Part shown: one piece after another, positions 49,794 to 59,803 of the stretch
How the letters are laid out: every line of letters starts with the position of its first letter
Numbering within the stretch: the first letter of the stretch is position 1
Assembly (NCBI GenBank): GCA_963718615.1
Contig: OY970368.1
Location: 1,920,001-1,984,000 of the forward strand
Direction of reading: 5' to 3'
DNA length: 64,000 nt
Source of the DNA: an uncultured cyanobacterium
Lineage (GTDB): Bacteria > Cyanobacteriota > Cyanobacteriia > PCC-9006 > JAAUQQ01
Program-made: the position numbers and the translations under genes
The notes under the pieces: generated by a model
Databases searched by the model: none
Told to the model about the DNA's origin: nothing
What the model saw: only the letters and a program-made list of their open reading frames with translations

Positions 49794-52166
49794 ATGGCTA
49801 AGCTATCCCTGAGCATCTGGCGTGTTGAACAGACCTGTAACTTTGTTTTAGGTTGGGGAGAGGACTGTCAACTCACTGCGAATCTCAAGGTGTTCCCTAG
49901 CCTTTTAGACTACTATGGGATTTGGCAGGAGGCTTACTTAAATTTCTATCGGTCTAGTCTTCGGGGCAGAGCCCAGCAATCCGGTAGTTTTCCGACTCCC
50001 CCGGTGGATTGGCGGGTCAGGCTGGTCCAAGCGGAGGCGGAGCTGCTCAGCGAGTTTCATCGCTGGTTAAATAGCCGAGATCTCATCGATATTCGTCAGA
50101 AAATTGCAGCACTGGCGACCCCTTCAATAACCTTGCAGCAGCCAGTGGATCTTTTTTTGAGCTGCAATGATGAAGAATTGGCTCGGCTGCCTTGGGAAAC
50201 CTGGGAAATGGGTCGAGAGTTTGGTGTTGCAGGCTCCATTCGGCTCGTTCGGACACCGACCACGATCCGTCAAGAAACGCTGTCCTACCGTCGGCAGGGT
50301 AAGCTCCGACTGTTGGCGATTGTGGGTGATGACACCGGACTAGATTTTCAGCGCGATCGCGAAGCTCTCCAGTCTCTCCAATCCCTGATTGATGTGACAT
50401 TTGTGGGCTGGAAGCAGGGCAAAAAGATTGCAGCCCTACAGGAGGAAATTGTGCAAGCGATCGCCGACCCTCAGGGGTGGGATGTGCTCTTTTTTGCCGG
50501 TCATAGCAATGAAACGGCCATCACGGGGGGAGAATTGGCGATCGCCCCTCATTCCTCAATTCTGCTCCGCGAAATTGCCCCGCAACTGACTGAGGCAAAG
50601 CTACGAGGACTCAAGTTTGCACTGTTTAACTCCTGCAAGGGGATCAGTATTGCCAATGCGTTAATCGACCTGGGATTAAGTCAAGTGGCTGTAATGCGAG
50701 AACCCATTCACAATGAGGTTGCTCAGGCCTTTCTGATTGCCTTTGTGAAGGCTTTAGCTAACTACGAGGATGTTCATCAGGCCATGCGATCGGCCTGTGA
50801 GTATCTCAAGGCCAAACGGAATATCACGTTTCCCTCGGCGGCTCTGGTTCCTTCATTATTTCAGCATCCGGGGGCGGTGTCGTTTCGGCTAGAACCCTCG
50901 GGCCTCAAGTCTTGCTTGCGTCGCTGGGGGCCAACCCGGAGGGAGGCGATCGCCGTGGGGCTTTTGGCTGGCTTGAGTCTGCTCCTTCCAGTCCAGCGAG
51001 AACTCATTGAACAAAGACAGTGGGTGCAAGCTCAGTTTCGCCATCTCACTGCCCAAGGAACGAATCCAGTTTCGTCTGCTAGTGTCTCTCCACCAGTGTT
51101 GCTTGTGCAAATCGATATGGATTCGGTGGCAGACGTCGTGCCAGTTCATCCGCTCAATCGTGCCTACCTCGCCCAGTTGATTCGCCAAGCGAGTCAATTG
51201 AAAGTTTCTCGCCTGGGATTTGATTATTTAGTGGATCGAGTGACTAATCAGAAGGATGATGAATTCCTTTCTTCAGAGCTCTTGAAAGCTGAGCAAGGGG
51301 GAATGAAGATTATTTTTGCAACCCATCAAGAAAATGGTCGTTGGTTGCACCCCCATCCTAAAATTACTGAGGTGTCGCTGGATCAACTGGGTGACGTGAA
51401 ACTCTTTGGCAATCACCAGAAAGCGGTTTTACATGCCAACTTGGATCAGGAGGCCACCGCACCGCTCCCCTTGCCATTTTCCAGATTATTAGTTGGTTCT
51501 AAAAACCCGACAAACCCGGCTGAGCAAACGTTTCAAACCTCTTGGATCACATTACTATCCTATTATCTCCACCAGACTTGGCTCCATCCACTGATTGATT
51601 ATTCACTGCCTCCCAGCCAAATTTACCAACTCGTTTCGGCTAAAACATTTCTGAAGCTGTCTACGCGTGCTTCTGAGTTGAGCCGGATCAAAGACCAAAT
51701 TGTACTGATTGCCGCCGGATATACCGATGCGGGTGTGTCCGATAAGGGAGAAGACAAGAAAAAGGCTGCTCGGGCGATGCAGTTTTGGCTGCGTTCCCAT
51801 ACAACTGAGTGGGTCAATGGGGGCGAAATCCATGCCTATCACATCCATCATCTCATGAACCAGGCGTTCATCACGCCATTGCCCGATTTTTGGTTTGTGG
51901 GATTGGCGGCCCTGTTGGGGAAATGGGGCAGTTTGTCCTTCGGTCGGGGCAGGCATCGACGGGGTTACTGGCTCGGGTTGGCGGGAGGGGCTGGAGTTTA
52001 TGGTTTGGTGAGCTTGCAACTGTATGTGACGGTTCAGATTTTGTTGCCTTGGTTGTTGCCGGTGTTGGTGTTGGGGAGTTATGGGCTGGGGAGTCATGGG
52101 GGAGGCGATCGTCGCCGCTATCTACCAAATCCTAATCCTAATGGTTTAAGAGAGATAGAGACATGA
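49794..52166 (+). CDS. Membrane protein with N-terminal CHAT protease domain and CHASE2 sensor domain
   Basis: LARLPWE, FFAGHS and FNSCKG dyad; one TM; CHASE2-like PVLLVQID, NRAYLAQLI, GFDYLVD, GGEIHA; C-terminal TM helices. ATG at 49794 preferred. Confidence 0.85.
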   Translation: MAKLSLSIWRVEQTCNFVLGWGEDCQLTANLKVFPSLLDYYGIWQEAYLNFYRSSLRGRAQQSGSFPTPPVDWRVRLVQAEAELLSEFHRWLNSRDLIDIRQKIAALATPSITLQQPVDLFLSCNDEELARLPWETWEMGREFGVAGSIRLVRTPTTIRQETLSYRRQGKLRLLAIVGDDTGLDFQRDREALQSLQSLIDVTFVGWKQGKKIAALQEEIVQAIADPQGWDVLFFAGHSNETAITGGELAIAPHSSILLREIAPQLTEAKLRGLKFALFNSCKGISIANALIDLGLSQVAVMREPIHNEVAQAFLIAFVKALANYEDVHQAMRSACEYLKAKRNITFPSAALVPSLFQHPGAVSFRLEPSGLKSCLRRWGPTRREAIAVGLLAGLSLLLPVQRELIEQRQWVQAQFRHLTAQGTNPVSSASVSPPVLLVQIDMDSVADVVPVHPLNRAYLAQLIRQASQLKVSRLGFDYLVDRVTNQKDDEFLSSELLKAEQGGMKIIFATHQENGRWLHPHPKITEVSLDQLGDVKLFGNHQKAVLHANLDQEATAPLPLPFSRLLVGSKNPTNPAEQTFQTSWITLLSYYLHQTWLHPLIDYSLPPSQIYQLVSAKTFLKLSTRASELSRIKDQIVLIAAGYTDAGVSDKGEDKKKAARAMQFWLRSHTTEWVNGGEIHAYHIHHLMNQAFITPLPDFWFVGLAALLGKWGSLSFGRGRHRRGYWLGLAGGAGVYGLVSLQLYVTVQILLPWLLPVLVLGSYGLGSHGGGDRRRYLPNPNPNGLREIET

Positions 52167-52909
52167 AATTCAATGCATTTATGCTCATGGTGCCGGTTTA
52201 TTTCATGGTGAGTGTTCTGAGCCCAGGGGTGACAGTGGCGCAGGGTCAGCCTCAAGGCCGGTCGAGTCGGCTCGGTTGGGGCGAATGGTTAGCCCAACGC
52301 TTTAAGCCTAACCCTCCTTTACCTAAGAGTCCTGGTGTAACAAGGCCAGTGGAAAGGCTCTGTTTGCTGGCTCCGAATCACGAGTATCAAGACCAGGGAA
52401 ACCCCATTGAATCTAGACTTTGGCAGGATCCGGTGTTTTTTTGGACAGGCTCTGTGGCGAAGGTTGGGGTGCGGCAGGCGGGTAGTGAGGCGTTGCTCTG
52501 GACTGTCCCGGTGCAGTTGGATCCGCAGGCAGAGGTGCAGTCGCTTCGCTATGCTGGGCCGCGTCTCGAACCGGGGATGACCTATGAATGGGGGATATTT
52601 CTGTCTGCTGCGGATACGCAACCTCAGATTTTTCGAACGTTTCAGGTGATGGAGCGGGCTGAGCGGGGGCCGGTGGTTAGGGCTTGGTTGCGGGAGGAGA
52701 TTGCACTTCGTCAGACGGGGGCTTCGCCGCAGAATCGGTTGGAGCGACGGCTGGATTTTTTGTTGGAGCGGGAGCTGTTTGCTGATTTTTATCAGGAGTT
52801 GTTTTTTGGGGCTGTGCGGGGGCAGTTGCAGAGGGGAGAACAGGAGATTGTCCAAGGCATACTACAGCAATTCTGTCTTCCTCAAACTCAAATTCAAGGA
52901 TCAAAGTAA
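52163..52909 (+). CDS. Exported DUF928-like protein
   Basis: Signal peptide ending TVAQ, LCLLAP, P.FFW, LEPGMTYEWGI; 4-nt overlap with the CHASE2 gene. Confidence 0.65.
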   Translation: MKFNAFMLMVPVYFMVSVLSPGVTVAQGQPQGRSSRLGWGEWLAQRFKPNPPLPKSPGVTRPVERLCLLAPNHEYQDQGNPIESRLWQDPVFFWTGSVAKVGVRQAGSEALLWTVPVQLDPQAEVQSLRYAGPRLEPGMTYEWGIFLSAADTQPQIFRTFQVMERAERGPVVRAWLREEIALRQTGASPQNRLERRLDFLLERELFADFYQELFFGAVRGQLQRGEQEIVQGILQQFCLPQTQIQGSK

Positions 52910-52966
52910 GAACCCAATTAAATGGCTACGATCTCATGCGATCTAATTTTAACGGAGTAGACAACC

Positions 52967-55900
52967 ATGACTCAGGGGACAAGCATGAAAATAGTTTTTT
53001 TAGGTTCGATAGCAGCAATAATTGTTTTGTTTCTGGCCATTGGTTTAGAGGGAAATGATGGAGTAGCTTGGGCTATAAAGCCAGCCATAGAAAGTAAAAT
53101 ATTGGCACAACAATCTCAAAAAAATCAGGCAGATGAGTTATTACAGTTGGGGATTGAGCAAGCTAATCGTAATCAGTTGCGAGAAGCATTACAGAGTTGG
53201 AAACAGGCGCTAGAACTTTATCGTCAAATCAGCGATCGCCAAGGCGAGGCAAGACTATTGGGTAACCTAGGACATGTATATCTGAGCTTTGATGAATATG
53301 AGGACGCGATCTACCTATATTATCAATCTCTGCACATCTGGCGTGAAATCCGCGATAGCCAAGCTGAAGCAAAAGTGCTGAATCATCTAGGTCTTGCATA
53401 CCGTGGATTAGGAGAATATGAAGGGGCGATTCGTTCCTATCAAAAATCTCTAAAAATCTCGCGTGAAAGCCGCGATCGCCAGAGCGAAATAATGACTTTA
53501 GGTGACTTACGAGCGAGCTACGACGACTTAGATCAGTACGAAAGAACGACTAATTTGCGTCAGCAACCACTGACAGCCAACCGTAAGCTCATTGATCTTT
53601 TTGGTGAAGGGGTTTCTTCGGGTGACTTGTCACCTGTATATAACAATTTAGAAGAATATAAGCAGGCGCTTGAGCTTCATCAAAAATCCTTGGTAATTGC
53701 CAATGAAATCCGCGATCGCCCGCTCCAAGCTAGAGCCTTGAGACATTTAGGGAGTATTCATCTGAGATTAGGCGAATACGAACAGGCAATCAATTTGCAT
53801 CAACAATCTCTAGAGATTGCACGTGAAACTCGCGATCGTCAACTTGAAGCCAGATTGTTGGGGCATTTAGGTAATGTTTATCTGAGTTTAGGTGAATATG
53901 AACGAGTAATTAATTTGCATCAGCAATCGCTAAAGATCGCACGTGAAACTCACGATCGCAAACTTGAAGCCAGAGCCCTGATTGGGTTCGGCAATGCCTA
54001 CTTTTATACCTGTCAAGCCCAGAATGATTCAAGTCAGTGTAAGCTTGCATTCGACCTCTACCAGCAATCTCTGACGATTGCCCAGGAAATTCACGATCGC
54101 CAAGGTCAAGCTGCTGCTTGGAATAATTTGGCAAATTCCTCCCTGCACTTGGGTCAAAATAAACCTGCGATCGACTTTCTTCAACAATCCCTAGAGATTG
54201 CGCGTGAAATTAACGATCGCCAAATTGAAGCAGATTCCCTACACAGCTTGGGTCTTGCCTATGCCAATCAGAAAGATCACACTACGGCTCTCAGCCACTT
54301 TCAACAGGCTCTGATGCTGTTCAAAACCATCGGTGCCCGTGAAGGAGAAGGACTGACCCTCAGCGATCTGGGACGCACCTTCAATGATCTCAATCGCCCT
54401 CAACTGGCCATCATCTTCTACAAGGCATCTGTCAATGTTCGCGAGGCCATCCGAGGGGATATCCAAGGGCTCTCCCTGGAAGAACAACAGTCCTATACCA
54501 ACACCATTGCCGATAGCTATCGCGCCCTAGCAGACCTGCTTCTGCAACAAAATCGTATCCCTGAGGCTCAACGTGTTCTCGACCTACTTAAACTCCAAGA
54601 ACTCGATGATTACTTCCAAGGCATCCAACGCAGTGCCGACAGCCAAACCGGCGTAGGTTCCTCGAAAGCCGAACAAGATATCCTCAATCTCTACATCAAC
54701 CACATTCTTGCCGCCGAAGAACTCGCCAGCCTCACCAAGCGCCCCCCCAAAGACCTCAGCAACCCAGAACGTCAACGTCTGGAAGTACTCCAAGCTGAAC
54801 AAGGCCAAATTTCTCGCGACTTTTCCCAATTTCTCGAACGCGAAGATGTCACCACTGCCCTCAAAGCCCTTAACGCCCACTCAGAAGCCCGAGAAGCCCT
54901 CGAACCTAGACATTTCAAACGACTCAAAGACGACCTGGCTAAACTGCCCCAGCGCAGCGCTCTGCTTTATCCGTTGATTCTGCGCGATCGCCTCGAACTT
55001 GTCCTTGTCTTACCCAACCTAGACCCTGTCCATGTCTCCGTCTCCGTTAGCGCTGAGGAGCTCAACCAACTTATTGTTGCCTTTAGCCAAGACCTCAGCC
55101 GCCCCAATAGCAACCCCCTGCCCCCTGCCCAACAGCTTTACCGTTTGCTAATCAAGCCCCTTGAGCCAGCCCTCAGTGGAGCCCAAGTTACCCACTTATT
55201 CTACGCCCCCGACGGAGCCTTGCGCTATATTCCCCTCGCTGCCCTCCACGATGGGAATGGCCCTAATAATGGGCAATGGTTAACCGAGCGATTCACCCTC
55301 AGCAACATCACCGCTGCTTCTCTCACCGACTTTGCGAGTAACCCCGATCGCAACCTTCGCCTCTTTGCAGGGGCCTGTGCCCAATGCAGCTTTAGTTTCG
55401 AGATCAACGGACGTCCCTACCACTTTCGTGACCTACCCGCGACCCAAACCGAAGTCGAAACCCTAGCCCAAGCCTTTCGTGAGAAAACTGTCCTACTCAA
55501 CCGTGAATTTAGCCCCGCCCAGCTCAAACTCAATTTGGGCTACTACAACTTACTCCACCTTGCCACCCATGGGGCTTTTGTTGAGGGAGACCCAAGGGAA
55601 TCCTTCATTGTGTTTGGAGATGGCAGCCGCGCTAGCCTACGCGAAATCCGCGAAACTTGGGATTTGAGTCGTCAGGAACTGGTTGTGCTCAGTGCCTGCC
55701 AAACGGCTGTGGGGGGATCGCAATTGGGCAATGGGGTGGAGATTTTGGGATTAGGCTATCAAATGCAAGCTTCTGGGGCCAAGGCAACTTTGTCGTCCCT
55801 CTGGCTTGTTAGCGATACAGGAACCCAACGGTTGATGAATCAGTTTTATGCAGCTTTGTTGCAGGGAGATCGCCCCCTCACCAAACCCCAAGCCCTACAA

Positions 55901-56062
55901 CAAGCTCAACGAGCCTTGATCACTGGCAAGTTTGAGGCTGGCCATGATGAGGAACGCGCTTCCGTGGTTGGGGTGGGCGATCGTTCCAGCCAATCAAAGG
56001 AGAACAACCTCAGCCACCCCTACTACTGGGCACCGTTTATCTTGATTGGTAATGGGCTTTAG
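52967..56062 (+). CDS. Exported TPR-CHAT protease #3
   Basis: Hydrophobic N-terminus, 40-aa TPRs, HLATHG and LSACQTA, C-terminal HPYYWAPFILIGNGL; RBS GGAG. Confidence 0.92.
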   Translation: MTQGTSMKIVFLGSIAAIIVLFLAIGLEGNDGVAWAIKPAIESKILAQQSQKNQADELLQLGIEQANRNQLREALQSWKQALELYRQISDRQGEARLLGNLGHVYLSFDEYEDAIYLYYQSLHIWREIRDSQAEAKVLNHLGLAYRGLGEYEGAIRSYQKSLKISRESRDRQSEIMTLGDLRASYDDLDQYERTTNLRQQPLTANRKLIDLFGEGVSSGDLSPVYNNLEEYKQALELHQKSLVIANEIRDRPLQARALRHLGSIHLRLGEYEQAINLHQQSLEIARETRDRQLEARLLGHLGNVYLSLGEYERVINLHQQSLKIARETHDRKLEARALIGFGNAYFYTCQAQNDSSQCKLAFDLYQQSLTIAQEIHDRQGQAAAWNNLANSSLHLGQNKPAIDFLQQSLEIAREINDRQIEADSLHSLGLAYANQKDHTTALSHFQQALMLFKTIGAREGEGLTLSDLGRTFNDLNRPQLAIIFYKASVNVREAIRGDIQGLSLEEQQSYTNTIADSYRALADLLLQQNRIPEAQRVLDLLKLQELDDYFQGIQRSADSQTGVGSSKAEQDILNLYINHILAAEELASLTKRPPKDLSNPERQRLEVLQAEQGQISRDFSQFLEREDVTTALKALNAHSEAREALEPRHFKRLKDDLAKLPQRSALLYPLILRDRLELVLVLPNLDPVHVSVSVSAEELNQLIVAFSQDLSRPNSNPLPPAQQLYRLLIKPLEPALSGAQVTHLFYAPDGALRYIPLAALHDGNGPNNGQWLTERFTLSNITAASLTDFASNPDRNLRLFAGACAQCSFSFEINGRPYHFRDLPATQTEVETLAQAFREKTVLLNREFSPAQLKLNLGYYNLLHLATHGAFVEGDPRESFIVFGDGSRASLREIRETWDLSRQELVVLSACQTAVGGSQLGNGVEILGLGYQMQASGAKATLSSLWLVSDTGTQRLMNQFYAALLQGDRPLTKPQALQQAQRALITGKFEAGHDEERASVVGVGDRSSQSKENNLSHPYYWAPFILIGNGL

Positions 56063-56102
56063 GACGTGAATTTCAAGAACGTCAGTCTCATCGTAGATTG
56101 AC

Positions 56103-57068
56103 TTAAAACCACGGTATCCTGAACTTGTTTCGGACTCGCCCAGCTCCTGACTGCGCTCGCGACTTCAATTCCTCATCTAGATTCTTAATTACATCCCGAT
56201 CCTCGGGCTCTGCCTTTGGCACGTAGGGTTCTTTGAGAGGTTCTGCTACAGCATTTTCTTTTTGTAGTTGCAGATCAACTCCCTTCTTCTGGGCCTCACT
56301 CTCAAAAGTACCAATCGGAATTCCATAGTTAAACCCTGACTTAAACAAGGCAGATATCTCTTCTGCTGATTCATGTTCGAGATTCAACCTTTGTGATAGG
56401 CCGATTGGATCCTCAGCTCCACCGAGTCCATGAATGCCGATCACGCGTCCCGAAGAGTCGAAGATGCCACTACCACTCATGCCTGCTCGTGTCACATTGT
56501 CGTATGAAACCTCGTAGCCGCCTATAGGAGACTCCAGAAATCCGGATATATTACCGCCGGTGAACTGTCGAATTATTTGCGGATCAGTCGTTTTCATCTC
56601 AGCCATTGCAATAATCGCGTCAGGTTTTGGCCATCCAGAGATAAAGATAGACTGCCCTTCTTTCAGCCTTGCCACACTAATTTTGGCAGTAGGGTATTTT
56701 TCTTTTGTAGTAAATTTAGCAATCGCAAGATCGACTGCTGACAAAAACTTGATCTCCTCATAACTCACTTCATAGGTTTTTCGATCAGGAGTCCTCAATT
56801 GATAATCCTGTCGATGACGCAGCACATGCTCATTGCTTAAGACGAAATACTGATCTCCGTCTTTAGCAATAATGACACCTGAGCCTTGATCTTCTTTACG
56901 ATCTTTTCCCCGGATCAGAACGGTAACCTCGCGGGCAATATCATTGACTTCTTCACCGCTGAGAGCTTGTGCTCTTTGAGGAAGGGTGACAATCAGCGTA
57001 CTGGCGATCGCAACTCCAAAGACGGTCGTGGAAGCATACTTGAATAAACTCATACCTATTGACCTCAA
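56103..57068 (-). CDS. Exported trypsin-like serine protease
   Basis: Signal peptide ending AQA; triad motifs LSNEHV, DLAI, GMSGSG; VIGIHG. Confidence 0.88.
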   Translation of the reverse strand: MRSIGMSLFKYASTTVFGVAIASTLIVTLPQRAQALSGEEVNDIAREVTVLIRGKDRKEDQGSGVIIAKDGDQYFVLSNEHVLRHRQDYQLRTPDRKTYEVSYEEIKFLSAVDLAIAKFTTKEKYPTAKISVARLKEGQSIFISGWPKPDAIIAMAEMKTTDPQIIRQFTGGNISGFLESPIGGYEVSYDNVTRAGMSGSGIFDSSGRVIGIHGLGGAEDPIGLSQRLNLEHESAEEISALFKSGFNYGIPIGTFESEAQKKGVDLQLQKENAVAEPLKEPYVPKAEPEDRDVIKNLDEELKSRAQSGAGRVRNKFRIPWF

Positions 57069-57201
57069 GCAATTAACAGATTTTTTCTTGGACTAAAGCA
57101 CTAAAAACGTTGGGTAGAGCACTCGCTTGCACAAGAGTTTACACGATTTATAGTAAAAGCTCCTGAGTCGAGAACACCGTGCTCATTCACCAATGTCTAC
57201 C

Positions 57202-57229
57202 TATAAGGTTGAACCTCAAAGTTTATGCA
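57202..57229 (-). promoter_or_regulatory. Candidate promoter TGCATA-N16-CTTATA
   Basis: In the intergenic region upstream of the trypsin gene, on the coding strand. Confidence 0.5.
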
Positions 57230-57292
57230 GTCAGATGCCTGCTTCAAAAAACAAAGGAACATTGACAATGCGTAGCTGGTTCGCTTCATCCT

Positions 57293-59527
57293 TCAGGGCT
57301 CACCAACCTCAAGTATCACTGAAAACACAGCAAGTGAATCAGTACTGATTGTCTTTCGAGTATCAGCACGTTGTACTCCGGCCCGAGTACTCACATCACT
57401 TACAATGTGGTCGACTAGATCGACCACCGTATCTTCACTTTCACCTGAAGAACGAGTTGTTTCTTCATTAAAACTAAGGTGACTTCCTCTTTGTAGGCCT
57501 CGACCCCTTGCAATTGTTTTCATCGCTTGTAATGCTTCTTTGAGTGGTTTTGTACTTGTAATCACCAATAATTCAGTGAAGCCAGCAGGGCCAACTAATC
57601 TCAGCTCAACAGGGACTTTACCTCCTTTCTTCTCGACCAGTGCAGCGGCTTCCGGCGCAGCCCAATCGACTGGATGTAGGAGATCCAGAGATCCATCATC
57701 AGAAATGACCATGACCCCCATAAACAGGTTTTCAATTGGGTCGTTATTTTTAACTGTTACATCAATTAAAGTCCCAGGCTTATAGGGCTTGGAAAAATCA
57801 ATTTGTCGACTGATCACATCACCCGAGCCTGCGGAACGACTCCCCAGGGTTCCCCTAGGACCATCTCCCTCCTTCACAGCAATGTCTACATCAACCTTTA
57901 CATTGTGAGACGCATCATTGAGCAACTCCTTCAAAATTTTCCCCGCTAATAGCATCTTCAGCCGAGGCCGTAACCGCCCAATCGTCGCCTCGATCGGCTC
58001 ATTGGGACCACCCAAGAACGATCGCGTCACAGGCGTTGCACTCTGACTCAATAGGCCCACACTGCCTGGGGGAACAGAAATGTCAATATTACGTTGCTGG
58101 GCTTGCTTGACCGCTTCTGGTGTTAGACGACCCAATAAAATATCGACGGGTTGAGATTGATCAACAATGACAGGCTCAATCCGGTTGATTTTGCGCAGGG
58201 CCTGCTGCGCTGTAGCTAAATTCCTACCCAAAGAAGGGTCTAACCCAACCTTGAGACTTAGGTTAGCAGGAATAATGCGCAGCTTTTCTCGCATGAGGCT
58301 ACCTTCACCCACCGTTTGACTCGGAGCCTCCACCAACCGACCATAGCCCTTCAGACCCAGTCGGCTAGTTTGTTCAACTTCCCCTAAAGGATTGCCATTT
58401 TCATCAATTAAGTCAAACTTTGCTCCCTTCTCAAAGGATTTGAGATTTCCAGAAGAGACTCCTCCCAGCCAAAACTCAACATTTTGCCCATCGACTTTCT
58501 GAAGAACGGCATCTGCTGAAGGCCGTTGGTCAGAAAGAAAATAGATAGGTTGTAACTCAAAGGCAGGATTTGCGGTAAAGGAGAGAGGATTCTGGGTTAG
58601 TCCAGAGGACTCCGCTACATCGCGGGTAATGAGTGCTAGCCGGTTGAAACTTTGTTGTAGCGATTCGCTGCTGGGTAACTGCCAAAGATAGCGTGTTAGC
58701 AGATACGTGAATGCTCCAGCATAGAAATCTCCAAAGGGCATATCAGCCGCAAGTTGATTTGCTTCCGCTGATCCTAGGGCCATCCCTCTTGCAATCCCCT
58801 TGACCCGTTCTGCTTGGAACTGTTCCGGCGAAAGATTGAGTTTGGTTAACCACTGTTCTTGAAAATTGAGTTCCTGTTCACTGGGTTTGGCCTCTGCTGC
58901 CCCAGATCTCGGTTCTATATTGCGAAACACTAAGTTTCCCCTGGTTCCCCCCCCTGAGTGACAGCTATCGAGCACCATCGTGAAGAAATCAGTATTTACG
59001 GCTCGACTGAGTAAGAAAAGTGTCTTACCCATGATGTCGTTGGCAATATTTCCCGATGCAAGACGAGTATCTGAGGGTACCAACGTTCCGTTGAGACCAC
59101 CCTCTGCTGTTGGGATAGGATTGGGATCAACAACGCGAGAACCGTGACCAGAGTAGTGGAAGACCACAATATCACCGGGTGCTGCTTGTTTAATTAGGTG
59201 CTCGTCAAAAGCCGTTAAAATATTTTCGCGGGTTGGCTTTTGTTGCGCTTCATCGCTGAGGATTAGAATGTCCTTAGGATTAAAGCCATAGCGATGCACC
59301 AAAAGTTGGCGCTGCATTTCCACATCCGTTAGGCAGCCTTGGAGATTGCGGATAGAGTCTTTGTACTGGTTTACACCAACTAACAAAGCCAGCTTTCGCC
59401 CCGTAGGCTGAGCCAAAACGCGACCATAGTGTTCGCTTTGTTGAAAGAAGTTTGCTTCATGTAGGCCCAATGCTGCCAGGGTGGAACCAGCAATCTGGAG
59501 AAAGTGGCGACGCTTTATCGAGGTCAT
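57293..59527 (-). CDS. Caspase-family (C14) protease with twin-arginine signal and C-terminal beta-rich domain
   Basis: KLALLVGVNQY, LQGCLTDV, HYSGHG, LDSCHSG. Start MTSIKRRHFLQ has RBS AGGAG, so ATG at 59527 is preferred over 59632. Confidence 0.9.
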   Translation of the reverse strand: MTSIKRRHFLQIAGSTLAALGLHEANFFQQSEHYGRVLAQPTGRKLALLVGVNQYKDSIRNLQGCLTDVEMQRQLLVHRYGFNPKDILILSDEAQQKPTRENILTAFDEHLIKQAAPGDIVVFHYSGHGSRVVDPNPIPTAEGGLNGTLVPSDTRLASGNIANDIMGKTLFLLSRAVNTDFFTMVLDSCHSGGGTRGNLVFRNIEPRSGAAEAKPSEQELNFQEQWLTKLNLSPEQFQAERVKGIARGMALGSAEANQLAADMPFGDFYAGAFTYLLTRYLWQLPSSESLQQSFNRLALITRDVAESSGLTQNPLSFTANPAFELQPIYFLSDQRPSADAVLQKVDGQNVEFWLGGVSSGNLKSFEKGAKFDLIDENGNPLGEVEQTSRLGLKGYGRLVEAPSQTVGEGSLMREKLRIIPANLSLKVGLDPSLGRNLATAQQALRKINRIEPVIVDQSQPVDILLGRLTPEAVKQAQQRNIDISVPPGSVGLLSQSATPVTRSFLGGPNEPIEATIGRLRPRLKMLLAGKILKELLNDASHNVKVDVDIAVKEGDGPRGTLGSRSAGSGDVISRQIDFSKPYKPGTLIDVTVKNNDPIENLFMGVMVISDDGSLDLLHPVDWAAPEAAALVEKKGGKVPVELRLVGPAGFTELLVITSTKPLKEALQAMKTIARGRGLQRGSHLSFNEETTRSSGESEDTVVDLVDHIVSDVSTRAGVQRADTRKTISTDSLAVFSVILEVGEP

Positions 59528-59625
59528 GGGGGAATGCTCCTGAGAATGACAAATGACATTTGCAAATAACGTTTGGTAGTGCGCCTTTCGCTCGTTATGG
59601 TTAGTCTCTTTTACAAGCAAAAGCA

Positions 59626-59654
59626 TATTCATCTGGACGTTCTAGAGATATGCA
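59626..59654 (-). promoter_or_regulatory. Candidate promoter TGCATA-N17-TGAATA
   Basis: About 100 nt upstream of the caspase ATG. Confidence 0.55.
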
Positions 59655-59731
59655 ATGAGGCCTTGCGGAGACAAAACAAAGGCTGATCCCAAGACAACTG
59701 TAGCCAGCTTCAACAAGGCTTTACGCATTTT

Positions 59732-59760
59732 TGCATAACAGGACATGCCGTCTCCGTACG
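59732..59760 (+). promoter_or_regulatory. Candidate promoter TGCATA-N17-CGTACG
   Basis: 43 nt upstream of the cyclase ATG; divergent partner of 59626-59654. Confidence 0.6.
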
Positions 59761-59803
59761 TACAAGGCAAAAGCAGGACGAAAGCGTTGAGGAGAGTCAG
59801 AGC

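Noticed and set aside
59528-59632. Upstream start of the caspase ORF
   Set aside because: It overlaps the candidate -10 box and would bury the Tat signal; the ATG at 59527 has an RBS.
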